64,000 nt of DNA from Marsupella aquatica (Eukaryota > Plantae > Marchantiophyta): NCBI GenBank assembly GCA_973895155.1, contig OZ316891.1, positions 30,759,112 to 30,823,111 of the forward strand, written 5' to 3'. Made by a program: the position numbers and the translations under genes. The notes beneath the pieces are model-generated. The model did no database searches, was not told where the DNA came from, and saw only the letters and a list, made by a program, of their open reading frames with translations. The first letter of the stretch is position 1; every line of letters begins with the position of its first letter. Positions 39,066 through 49,861 of this stretch are shown here, one piece after another.

Positions 39066-41825
39066 TTGGTCACCACGGATTCTTCTGGTGCTGCTGGATT
39101 ACCCGATGGACGACGGACCGGTTTCACTCGGAGTGGGGCACAGTTTCGGCCAACGGCATTGGTAGCAGTTAGCAGTGCAGCTTCAGACAGTAATTCTGAT
39201 GAGGACTCAGTGACCAGTTCTCCTCATCATCAGGTGGTTGCACCTTTGTTGTGGGATATGGACGAGATGTACGGGGCTACAAAGGGCCCACGACGATACT
39301 CTGGTGCAGTTGGCACAATTGATCTGGATGACTTCATCCAGGAGTTTGATACGTGGTGCGATATGCAAACATTGCGTAACGTCACGTTGTTTACCCCTTT
39401 CATGGCATGGAAGGGATTATTCCAGCATTTGGAGGGGCCACCCATGGATGACTACCATGAGTTTCGGAAGGCTCATTTGGTTGAGATTGAGGCATGGAGG
39501 CAGCATTGGTCGCCTAATTACGTGTCCATCACCTATGGCACTAGTGCGGCTGCCCAACCCATTTCCACATCTACTGCTTCTTCTAGCAGCACTAGCCAGA
39601 GTGGCACACCATCCACCAGCAGCACTCCAGCAGCATCCACCACTACTCTTACCGGTGTGATTGTGACAGGAACTGGAGTTGCGCCAGCATTTAATCCTGT
39701 GGTGGAATTCTTTGAGGTACTGAAGCAGAACTATCAGGGTGTGAGAACTGATAAGTTGAAGGGTCTTCAAGAGTTCCAACGCAAGACTGGAGAGAGCCTA
39801 CGTGAGGCATACACACGTATGCGCAGATTGATCACTGTCACCAAGGGAGTGACATAGGCTCAGGCAGTCCAGTTTTGGTATGCAATTCTGGACAGAGAAT
39901 TGCGACGCAGAGTGAGAGATGTCACTCTGCTTAGGGATGCAGATCCCACATTAGTAGTTGTTTTCACCCTTTCTGAGCGCATTGAGCTCAATATGGTGAA
40001 TGAGAAGGTGGTGACTTTCGGATTTGCCAAGGAAGCACCAAAGGCTGCATCTACATCCACACCACAGCCTACTGCATAGAAGAGCCAGAGGGAGAAGCCT
40101 ACTGCACGAGAGTCTACCAGCCAGAGACCTGTGCCCTCTTATGCTGGACAGCAGTCAGGATGTTGGACCTGTGGTGGGGATCATGCACAGAGATATTGTC
40201 CAGATCATAGAGGATCAGGGGGAGCATCAGTGCTTGATCAGCGACAGTGTGATCATTGTGGAGCTCCTGGACACACCAAGGATAGGTGTTTCTCACTCCA
40301 CCCTGAGTTACGGAGAGGAGGATCCCGTACACATGATCAGGGAAGAGGAGGTAGAGGTGGTGGACGTGGTCGTGGCATGCCACATGCAGGGAGACAGGAA
40401 GGTGACGCTGCCCCTGCTATAACCATAGATCCAAAGGATGCTAAGATTGCTCAATTGGAGCAACAACTAGCTGCCATGGCTAGTTCCCAGGTGAGACCTA
40501 ATTCTGGTGATGGGGCATCTACATCCTATGGACCTTCCACATCCCATGGTCCTTCCACATCTTATGGAGCTGATGGAGACCTTGCCACCATGGGATTCAT
40601 GTGTGGCACTGCACATATTGATGCATCAGCAGCTTTGACACGTGGGGCAGCCAAAGCTCTTGAGCCTCGAGGAGCAGTAATGGAGTTAGATCCACAAAGG
40701 GGGGATGCACGTCGGCAGACAAAGCTTCCTCAGTCTTTTACATTGTCAGAGACAGTTCAGACTGCCTCTATGAACCCAGTTCGGACAAACCCTGATGTGG
40801 GTAAGTTGGCAGAATCAAGTAGTGATGCAGCAGGGATGACATGTACCTTGCTGGGGGCGGCTACTGCCATAATATGCACCCCATTATTTTTAGCGATAGA
40901 CATGCTGAACTTGGGATTTGGTCCTGCAGAAGTGTTCAGATTGGCAGCTACACTCTGTGAGGACACTCCAGTGGTTCTTTCTCATGCAAAAGCAACTTGC
41001 AGTGTTGATGCAGTGAAGACCATGCCACCTACTACTACTAGTGAGACATGGCATGCAGCAGCAGCGAGGTTGGTGGATTTACCAGCACGCCCTGCATTTG
41101 AGAGGACTAGGTTTAAACCTAGTGTTGTGTCATTGGATAATCGGAGTGGTATCTTCCGATTAGTTGGGCCTTCTGGAGCAGTATACCAGCCAGAGAGAGT
41201 GTTACTGGATACTGGTGCTCAGCCCTTGATGTTGGGGAAGTCTGCCATACGTGGATTGGGATTGCATCCAGAGGATTTGGAGGATTGTCCCTTTCCCATT
41301 CAGACTTCATTGGGGGGACCTACACCTACACAGCATATCACCAGGAGACCACTTGATTTGAGGATTCAGGAAGGTCATACCACAGATAGCTCACAGATAC
41401 AGGCGCGAGCTATTCTGACTAAGGCAGAGTCATATGATGTGTTGGTGGGATGTACAGTGCTCTACCCCATGGGATTTATTCTTGATTTTTGGGAGGAATC
41501 AGTGTCATATAGACCTGATTGGCAGTCAGGAGATGCTCGATTGAGCAAATTGCCAGTGAGATTTAGTGGACCTGTGGGAGGCCCTAAATCCACACCATTG
41601 TCTTTGGCAGCATTCAGTGGTGTAATTGCTAGACTTGATGATTTGATTGAGGGTAATGCGCATGCAGCCGATGTTCCACCATTGGAGGAGTCTCATGAGG
41701 AGCACATCATGCGAGGATTACCTGTTGGCAGTGTTGTGCCACCAGTGTGGGGCACTGCACAGGCCTTGCCACAGGCAGCAGCACGATTGGTACATGATGT
41801 ATGGCGTCATGCTTTTACACCATAG
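39066..41825 (+). pseudogene. Gag (capsid-like region, two zinc knuckles, RGG tract) and aspartic protease
   Basis: FQRKTGESLREAYTRMRRL (retrotransposon gag motif), CWTCGGDHAQRYC and CDHCGAPGHTKDRC knuckles, protease VLLDTGA (~41200) and YDVLVG. In-frame TAG at 39855, 40077 and 41823. Confidence 0.88.
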
Positions 41826-41858
41826 TCAGGAGCAGAGCAGTCTCTTGCAGATGGACCT

Positions 41859-43049
41859 GTGACTCTTTCACCATTGGATACCACTCCTATTGCTTGGCAG
41901 TATCCACCGGAGGGTATTTGTTTGTTGGATCTTTTTGGTGGGATTAGCACTGGATTGGCTGCTGTTCTTCAGGCAGGAATTCCTGTGCGTCATTATTTGT
42001 ATGTGGAGACAGATGAGACAACACGGAGGGTCTCATTGCGACATGTGGCTATGTTGGTGGATAGATATCCACAGTTGCTGCCAGTGGATGCTGTTCGTGG
42101 TTATCAGCATGCACTACCTGCTGATATTTCATTGTTGGGGGCGGATCATCTACATCGTGTTGGCCCCATTGATTTGGTGATTGCTGGTTGGCCATGTCAG
42201 GGCCAATCTAGAGCTGGCGTTGGGCATGGACTTCATGATCCACGCTCTGCATTGTTTTGGGAGATGTTACGGGTGCTACGTCATCTCCAGCTACATCAGA
42301 CACAGTCTCCAGCATACATTTTGGAGAATGTGCCATTGTTAGGTGATGATCGTAGTCAGATTGTTGCCAGTGTTCACCAGGTGAGGTCTTGGATTGGACT
42401 TGCTGTGTTATTGGATGCTGCACGTGTGGGTTCTCATGCACATCGTCCACGCTTGTGGTGGACTAATTTGATCCCATGCGAGGTGCTGAAGCGTGCATTT
42501 GACAACATTCCACGCTCACCAGCCTTAGTGGTGGATGATATTTTGGATCCAGGGCGTCGTGCGCAGGGTGTGACCCAACCTGATAGACCTCCATTGGCAA
42601 TGGTCAATGCAGTTGGGTGCCCACGTTGTGCATTACCCACTCTTATCAGCCACTCTGCTTCATATGCATTCAGAGCAGGTGGCCCTGGACTTGTATGGGA
42701 CACAGCTCTCCAGCAGTTAGTGGAGCCTACTGCTGATGAGAGAGAGCGTGCTATGGGATTTTTGACTGGCACCACTTCAGTTGCCTCTGTATCAGAGGGT
42801 TTGCGGCGCCAGGTTCTTGGTCAAGCAATGGATTTGAATTGTTTGACTTGGATTATCAGCTTGGGAGTAGCTGAACAGTTGCGGATGCGCTCTGCCAGAA
42901 TTACTGATTGTCCCTTGGTGAGCTTGCGGTCCACTGAGACAGTATTGACCACAACTGGGGGCGAGCAAACAGTCCATGGACCTATGACAGGATTGGCAGC
43001 TGGACAGATTGTTGAGCAGGAAGAGACTGCTCAATCTACTGCTAAATAG
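41859..43049 (+). CDS. C5-cytosine DNA methyltransferase catalytic domain, DNMT3-like, embedded in the retrotransposon polyprotein frame
   Basis: Motifs in canonical order: I LLDLFGGISTGL, II YLYVE, III ADI, IV DLVIAGWPCQGQS (catalytic PC), V R..LFWE, VI YILENV, VIII AHRPRLWWTNL, IX ERERAMGF, X RRQVLGQAMD. No internal stops. Confidence 0.92.
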   Translation: MTLSPLDTTPIAWQYPPEGICLLDLFGGISTGLAAVLQAGIPVRHYLYVETDETTRRVSLRHVAMLVDRYPQLLPVDAVRGYQHALPADISLLGADHLHRVGPIDLVIAGWPCQGQSRAGVGHGLHDPRSALFWEMLRVLRHLQLHQTQSPAYILENVPLLGDDRSQIVASVHQVRSWIGLAVLLDAARVGSHAHRPRLWWTNLIPCEVLKRAFDNIPRSPALVVDDILDPGRRAQGVTQPDRPPLAMVNAVGCPRCALPTLISHSASYAFRAGGPGLVWDTALQQLVEPTADERERAMGFLTGTTSVASVSEGLRRQVLGQAMDLNCLTWIISLGVAEQLRMRSARITDCPLVSLRSTETVLTTTGGEQTVHGPMTGLAAGQIVEQEETAQSTAK

Positions 43050-43154
43050 TAATCATCGGCTATCTCTTCTACCCTACAAAGAGATATTAGGGATTTGGTG
43101 GAGAGTTAGGAACCACAGCTTGGCCCTAAGTTAACAGGGGAGGAGAGACGTCGC

Positions 43155-44540
43155 ATGCATCGATTCCTGAAGAGTTATTGGAATTGTTTTGCATTCAGCA
43201 TGAAGGATTTGGGGACATTGAAGGGCCCTGGTATTCAGATTGAATTGGCTAGTGATGCGCCAATCTTTCGTAGACCATACCGTTATAGTGACATGGAGAG
43301 AGCTCTGATTCAAAGCAGAACTCAAGATTTGTTGGAGGCTGGATTGGTGGAGATTTCATATGGGGAGTATGCATCTGCCACAGTGATGCCAGCCAAGAAG
43401 GATGTGCATGGCAATTACACAGATAGGCGCATGTGTGGTGATTACAGACCTATTAATCGCCAGACAAAATCTGATCGATATGCCATGCCCACACCTGAGG
43501 AGATCTTTGATGCTGTGGGGCATGCAAAGGTTTTCAGTTCATTGGATCTGAGGGCAGGATACCATCAGCTTCCAATTAGGCATGCTGACAGGTCCAAGAC
43601 AGCATTCTGGGGGATTGATTCTTATGGCAAAGATCGTTTGTATGGTTATTCTTACCATTTGGGTTGAAGAATGCACCAGCTGAGTTCTAGAGAGTCATGG
43701 ATCGAATCCTTGCAGGTTTGGATTTTGTCAGATGTTATATTGATGAGATTTTGGTCTATTCTTCTACTGTGGAAGAACATCAGCAGCACTTGCAGACTGT
43801 GTTGGAGAGATTGAGAGCACATGGGTTGAAGCTCCATCCTAGCAAGTGTAAGTTCTTCCAAGACCAGATTGAGTATTTGGGCCACACCATATACCCAGGG
43901 GGATTGGGTGTACAGCAGACTAAAGTGGAGGCCATTACACAGATTCCTTGTCCTACTGATGTGAGTAGAGTTCGTGCATTCTTGGGATTGGCGAGCTACT
44001 ACAGGAGGTATGTTAAAGGATTTAGCCAGCTTGCTAAACCTTTGACCATACTCACTAAGTTGGATCAGGAATGGATTTGGGGTGATGACTAGGAGCATGC
44101 CTTTCAGGAGTTGAAGCAAAGGTTGGCATCATCCCCTATTTTGAGAAGACCCATTTCAGGCAGACCATTTCAGCTACACACTGATTGGAGTGGAGTAGGA
44201 CTTGGAGCAGTGCTGACTCAGAAGGATGATGAGGGGAATGAGTTTGTTGTGGCTTATGCCAGTAGATCAAACAATTCAGCAGAGGCTAAGTATAGCTCTT
44301 ATGAGGGAGAGTGTTTGGCAGCAGTGTGGGCTGTTGCACACTTTCGTTGCTACTTGTTTGGTAACCCCTTCACCTTGATCACTGATCATCAGCCTCTTAA
44401 GTGGTTAATGGAGTCTGACAAGCTTACAGGGAAGCTTGCACGATGGGCATTGTTGTTACAGGAGTATGATTTCCAGGTGGTGCATAGGCCTGGAAAAGTG
44501 AACTTGGATGCAGATGGATTAAGCCGCAATCCATGTACCA
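43155..44540 (+). pseudogene. Reverse transcriptase and RNase H
   Basis: RMCGDYRPIN, FSSLDLRAGYHQ, KTAF, LPFGLKNAPAEF*R (after the frameshift), CYIDEILV (YIDD changed to YIDE), LHTDWSGVGLGAVL and YSSYEGECLA. Confidence 0.93.
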
Positions 44541-44899
44541 GTCAGCAGGATGAGACTGGAGCCAGATGGCATGATGAGTCAGATAGGGAGATGGTGCCAG
44601 GATGGCATGCATCTGCCTTTCTTTGTTGGGTGCCAGCATACAGTGGATCTGTGGACTCTACCTCATTGGATGGAGTGGATGATGAGTCTTCAGATGTGGA
44701 TGTTGGTGAAGTAACTTCTGGACAGCAAGATATTCACAATGATGTGAGAGTGTTGGAATATCTGCGCAATAGTTCTATTGTTGGCAGTGTTGATGCCAAG
44801 GAACGTGACAGGGTTCTACAGAGAGCCAAGAGGTTTCGATGGGAGGGAAACCATCTTTTGAGAGTACTGCATGATGGTAGGATGTTGGTGGTACCAAAA

Positions 44900-46171
44900 C
44901 CATCACAACGAGTACATTTGGTGCGACATGCGCACGAGGAGTTGGGTCACTTTGGTGTGAAGCGCACTTACAGCTTGCTGCAGACGCAGTATTGGTGGCG
45001 TGGTATGCACACTCATGTCCAGCAGTTGATAGCTAAGTGTGTGGTATGTGACAGAGTGAGAGCATCATTTAATGCTCCCACTCCCCAGTTGCACCCATTA
45101 CCGATCATGGGTTTGGGATATCGTTGGAGTTTGGATTTTGCTGGTCCATTACCTCTTACCCAACGTCATAATCGGTATGTTTTGGTCATGGTGGAGCACT
45201 TCTCCAAGTGGATTGAGCTAGTGGCGTTGCCAGATAAAGCCAGTGGAGGAGTTGCTGCTACATTTTTGGATCGTGTACTTAGTCATTTTGGAGCACCAGC
45301 TGAGGTGTTGACTGATCAGGGAACTGAGTTCCGTGGAGAGTTTGAGAGTTTGTGTGAATAAGCTCTGATTGATCATCGCACTACCTCTCGTGATCATCCT
45401 GAGGCAGATGGATTAGCTGAGAGAGTTGTGCAAACTGTGAAGAGAGGATTGCGTAAGTATGGCTTGCAGGTTGGTCATCTGGGAGATTGGGATCTCCAGC
45501 TACCTTGGTTAGCTATGGGCTACCGTTTCAGTCGGCAAGCATCACTTGCATCCTTCTCACCCTACTTTTTGCTCTATGGTAGAGAGCCAGATTTGCCAGC
45601 AGCTATTCGTCGTCATGCTGCACCAGTTGTGAACTTGGATGATCCTGATGTTTGGGTCAAGGTGTGTTCAGAGAGAGCACGGGTATTTCAGAGAGTGATG
45701 CCCATGGCTTTTGACAACCTTGCCATTGCCCAACATTGTGATACTTTGAGGTATGCCACTATTCGTGGAGGAGGTTACCGTGCAAGCATTCGACGATTTC
45801 ATCCTGGTGATTATGTTTATTTGCAGCAGACAGCACCCACGACACTTGATGTGACCGCAGGCCGGACAATCTTACGTGTGCGTGAAGTGTTGCCTTCTGG
45901 TGTCCTGATGTTGGAGGGACGCGATGGTATGGTTTGGAAGGATCATGTGCGCAACTGTGCACCATGTCACCTTCCCAACATTGATGGTACAGTAGATCCA
46001 AGCTTGGCACATGTTCGTGCTGGCTTGAAATGTATGTTGTGTGGATCTGCTCAGGGAGCAGCTACTATGTTGATTTGTGATAAGTGTTCTAGAGGATGGC
46101 ACATGTCATGTTTGACACCACCATTGCAGGTGATTCCTAGTGGATCATGGTTGTGTCCTCAGTGTCGGTGA
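44900..46171 (+). pseudogene. Integrase (HHCC + DDE) with C-terminal PHD finger
   Basis: HAHEELGHFG...CVVC; WSLDFAGP, VLTDQGTEF and DGLAERVV (past TAA 45359). PHD C4HC3: CMLC...ICDKC...WHMSC...WLCPQC at ~46031-46168. Confidence 0.93.
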
Positions 46172-46346
46172 AGCCGACTAGTTATCATTTGTGTTCTCTT
46201 GGCAGATATGGATTGCAGGTAGGTGATCGATGGGGCTCACTTGCACCCGGCCTCCTGATCTTCACACCTAAAAAGGTGTATATCAACCTTGTAGAACTCA
46301 TGGCTAGCTAGAGTTAGGGGACCTTACTCCCAGCTAGGGGGGTGAT

Positions 46347-46951
46347 TGTGGGTTTTGGACATGTGTGGACATGAGTTCCACTTGTATTCCATTCTCTTGT
46401 ATTTGTGATGTGGCAGTGTGACTATGTCTGGATGTATGTGACAAGCGATGTATGTTGTGTAGCGATATGTATGCGCACGACAGCTGTCACACCATTCTGA
46501 GTAGTGTAGTAGTATATCGTGCTATTAGAGTATGTACGTTTGGTATGAGTGCTATTGGAGCCGATAAGGTTCTGTCAGGTTTGTGTGAGAGGGTACTTCT
46601 CACTTGTGAGGCATTGAAATGTCATCTTTCAATGTTGAGCCTTGGAGAGAGAGGAGCTTGAGTGTGGCTATGGTGGCTGTGAGCTCCGCTTGTGTAACGT
46701 GGATTCCTTGAGTAGTGCAAGGTGCGTTGGCTTGACATACGTGTGTGATCGGATCGGTGCGGGATCGATGGGGTATTGTTGACCGAGATCGTTGTGCCGA
46801 TTGTATGGAGATTATTGTGGGTTTTGGACATGTGTGGACATGAGTTCCACTTGTATTCCATTCTCTTGTATTTGTGATGTGGCAGTGTGACTATGTCTGG
46901 ATGTATGTGACAAGCGATGTATGTTGTGTAGCGATATGTATGCGCACGACA
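46347..46951. repeat. LTR-like unit (TG...CA) with identical 136-bp direct repeats at both ends (46347-46482 and 46816-46951)
   Basis: TGTGGGTTTTGGACATGTG...ATGCGCACGACA occurs twice. Polypurine tracts flank it on both sides in opposite orientation. Confidence 0.85.
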
Positions 46952-48560
46952 GACTCCTCCCCCCTATTGCAAGAACATGAAAACTTAAAGATGACAAAAA
47001 CTAACACAACTAAGAGAGATTTGAAAGAAACAAATACATTGAGACAAATGGCAGACGGGACAGGAGATGGGATAATAGACGAGCAAAACAAAAAAAGTCA
47101 AATGTGTAGAATTAATCACAAATTTGCAATGCTAGCTATTGGTTTTATATGCTCAAATGAGAAGCCAAAATTTAAGAGATATTGATAGAACTCTAGAAAG
47201 CAACAAATCAATGACAACAGACGCTTACTCCAAAATACTACAATGGATTCTTGTATTAATTTTGGGTGACATCTATAAGAGGATATGCACCAGTGTTGTG
47301 AGGTTCATACTTCAGAAGTGCACCATCTTCTGCACAAATCCTTGTCCCAAAGTGAGGTTTGGCAAAGTCCTATGCACACAGGAGGCTTGCCATTTGCAAA
47401 ATTTAAGGTCTCGCTCTTCCTGACCTAAGTAAAAACAGGGAGACTCGACACTTCTGTTCATCCCCTAAATGAAAACAGGTAGGCAGGTCGCGTCGAAGAC
47501 TTGGCATAATTTGGAAATAAATGAGGTCTCTCCCTTCATCACCTAAAAGAAAACTTGGGACTGTCTTAGAAGAATTGAGGTCTCTCACTTCATCACCTAA
47601 GTGAAAACGGGGAAACTTGACACTCAGGAAGATTTGAGGTCTCTCTCTTCATCACCTAAATGAAAAATGGGTCATCCAAAGGTGATCTTCGGTGGATAGT
47701 CTTTGTTTTAAGGTAAAAAGAAAATGGGTAGGTGGGTGGCATCTAAGAGTGGGACCCAAAATAGGGAGATTTGACCTTTTTTGGGGTTGGTGCCCACAAC
47801 ATACAGATGGGTGCCTCTGACATTGGAAGGTAAAAACCCTGGTCAATACGCACTGTAGAAACTTGAAACTTAGATATCTGTCTGATAGTTAAAAAAATTG
47901 AGGAATGCAAAGTGGTAAACTTTGACACTGGTAAAACTTAAAAGTAGGTAGAAACTTGACACTTAGAAAAACATGAGAAATGGAAACTGGTCAAGCACTT
48001 ACAAGTAGATAGATGCTTGCCGAAAAAAGGGGCTCCAAATCGGGAGACACAACCCCTCAGGGAAGAGACTGGACAAAGGGGAGAAGACAAGGGCAAAACC
48101 CTGGAAAGGCCAGAGAGCCAAAACACTGAAGATTCCCAGCGAGAGTAGTCTATGGCAGTAAACTAAAACCCAGAACCCTATTGAGTGGCAAACCGAAAAA
48201 CCTGGTAAAGCTCCAGAATGACACAGGAGGGTGAAAGACTATTTTGACTAGAGACCCCAAAAGTGGAGGGTGGGAGAGGAATTTGACCGAGAGGCACAAA
48301 ATCCAGAATAACCTACATAGGAGGGTGAGAGAATCAATTGACTCGAGTCACTAAATCCAACAACCCGGTCCGTACACAAAAGAGTAGTGAGTGCCCGAGC
48401 ACTTTATGATGAAAAGTACATTACTTAGCTCAACCCAGGCCCTAAAAAGAATACTAAATTTTGGATAAGTCAAAATAGGCACAGATTAGTATGAACTTGC
48501 TATACTATAAATGAAAATGACATTACTTTACCTCAGCCCGGGCCCCTATAAATAATGAAT
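46952..48560 (-). mobile_element. Probable non-coding 3' internal remnant of a second, minus-strand LTR element
   Basis: Minus-strand PPT TAGGGGGGAGGAG immediately precedes TGTCGTG at 46951. Repeated TCATCACCTAA blocks at ~47400-47670. No coding domain seen. Confidence 0.4.
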
Positions 48561-48669
48561 GCCTGGGACATTACTTTGAGAGAGATACTTGATGGACTCC
48601 CAAAATGCAAAGTGTTTTCTTGATGGACCCATATGTGGTCCAGACGTTGATAGATCTCAAATCAATGTA

Positions 48670-49030
48670 CCAAAAAGCGTCTCATGGGGTCTATCAACTG
48701 AGACATTTCAATTTAGGGGGACATCAAGTATATCTCTCCATTGCTTTATCTCTCAGCAACCAAAAAGCTCATGGGTCTCATGGGGTCTATCAAGTAAGAC
48801 ATTTCAAGTTAGGGGTCCATCAAGTATATATCTCCATTGCTTTATCTCTCAGCAACCAAAAGGCTCATGGGTCTCATGCGGTCTATCAAGTAAGACATTT
48901 CAATTTAGGGGTCCATCAAGTATATCTCTCCATTGCTTTATCTCTCAGCAACCAAAAAGCTCATGGGTCTCATGGGGTCTATCAAGTAAGACATTTCAAT
49001 TTAGGGGTCCATGAAGTATATCTTTCCATT
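48670..49030. repeat. Tandem repeat, 96-bp unit, ~3.7 copies; related dispersed copy at ~61425-61610
   Basis: CTCATG(G/C)GGTCTATCAA at 48681, 48777, 48873 and 48969. Confidence 0.92.
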
Positions 49031-49069
49031 ATTTTTAGTTATCTCTCAGAAAAAAATTGACCAAATGAG

Positions 49070-49562
49070 AATAAACTTTTTGACACTTGGAAATTTGACA
49101 CTAGAGAGATGAGGAATGGTACTTTAGCTGTCTCTCAGCAAAACTGACGGAACGAAAATAAACTTTTTGACACTTGGAAATTTGACACTAGAGAGATGAG
49201 GGAATGGTACTTTAGCTGTCTCTCAGCAAAACTGACCGAACGAAAATAAACTTGTTGACACTTGGAAATTTGACACTAGAGATATGGGGAATGGTACTTC
49301 GGCTGTCTCTCAGCAAAATAGACCGAATGAAAATGAACTTTTTGACACTTGGAAATTATTTTGACACTAGAGAGATGAGGAATGGTACTTTAGCTGTCTC
49401 TCAGCAAAACTGACCGAACTAAAATAAACTTTTTGACACTTGGAAATTTGACACTAGAGAGATGAGGAATAGTACTTTAGCTGTCTCTCAGCAAAACTGA
49501 CCGAACGAAAATAAACTTTTTGACACTTGGAAATTTGACACTAGAGAGATGAGGGAATGGTA
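49070..49562. repeat. Tandem repeat, ~88-bp unit, ~6 copies, directly upstream of mevalonate kinase
   Basis: TGACACTTGGAAATT at ~49081, 49168, 49256, 49343, 49434 and 49521. Confidence 0.92.
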
Positions 49563-49861
49563 GGCGAGCTGGAAGGGAAACGGGTAGGCCGGCAGAATGG
49601 AAGAGTGTGAATGCAAACTGGTAGGCGAGCAGGAACGAAACTGGTAGATGCACAGGATCTATGATTTCACTGCTCATTCTTGGCATTGCAAGAATTGGGA
49701 AATGTGTTGACTTGACTGGCTCATCATGGCGCTGAGCTTCAATCGGGTGTGCGTCTGAATCTACTTGATTCGCTCTTCCTGGCGATGAGCTTAATCGGCA
49801 AGCAAGTTCTCCAGGGAGAGGTGTACATTGTGATTTGTTAATTCAGAGCTTGATGGCCACC

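Larger units (their letters stand above)
37512..46346 (+). mobile_element. Ty3/Gypsy LTR retrotransposon: Gag-PR-[C5 DNA methyltransferase]-RT-RNaseH-IN-PHD; non-functional copy
   Basis: RT-RH-IN domain order of the Gypsy type. ORFs 39066, 40131, 41859 and 43155 share one frame; 43697, 44111 and 45428 share another after a frameshift at ~43643. Polypurine tract TAGGGGGG at 46335-46342. Confidence 0.93.

Noticed and set aside
39034-39068. TTAGGG-like hexamers in the retroelement leader
   Set aside because: Only two or three scattered units; too weak to call telomeric or G-quadruplex.
41859-43049. Methyltransferase as bacterial contamination, an R-M gene or a host DRM gene
   Set aside because: It is in frame and compositionally continuous with gag-pol, has no partner nuclease, no introns or UBA domains, and its motif order is not permuted.
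48589-49060. 141-aa and 151-aa repeat ORFs
   Set aside because: A 96-bp unit divisible by three keeps frames open; no coding evidence.
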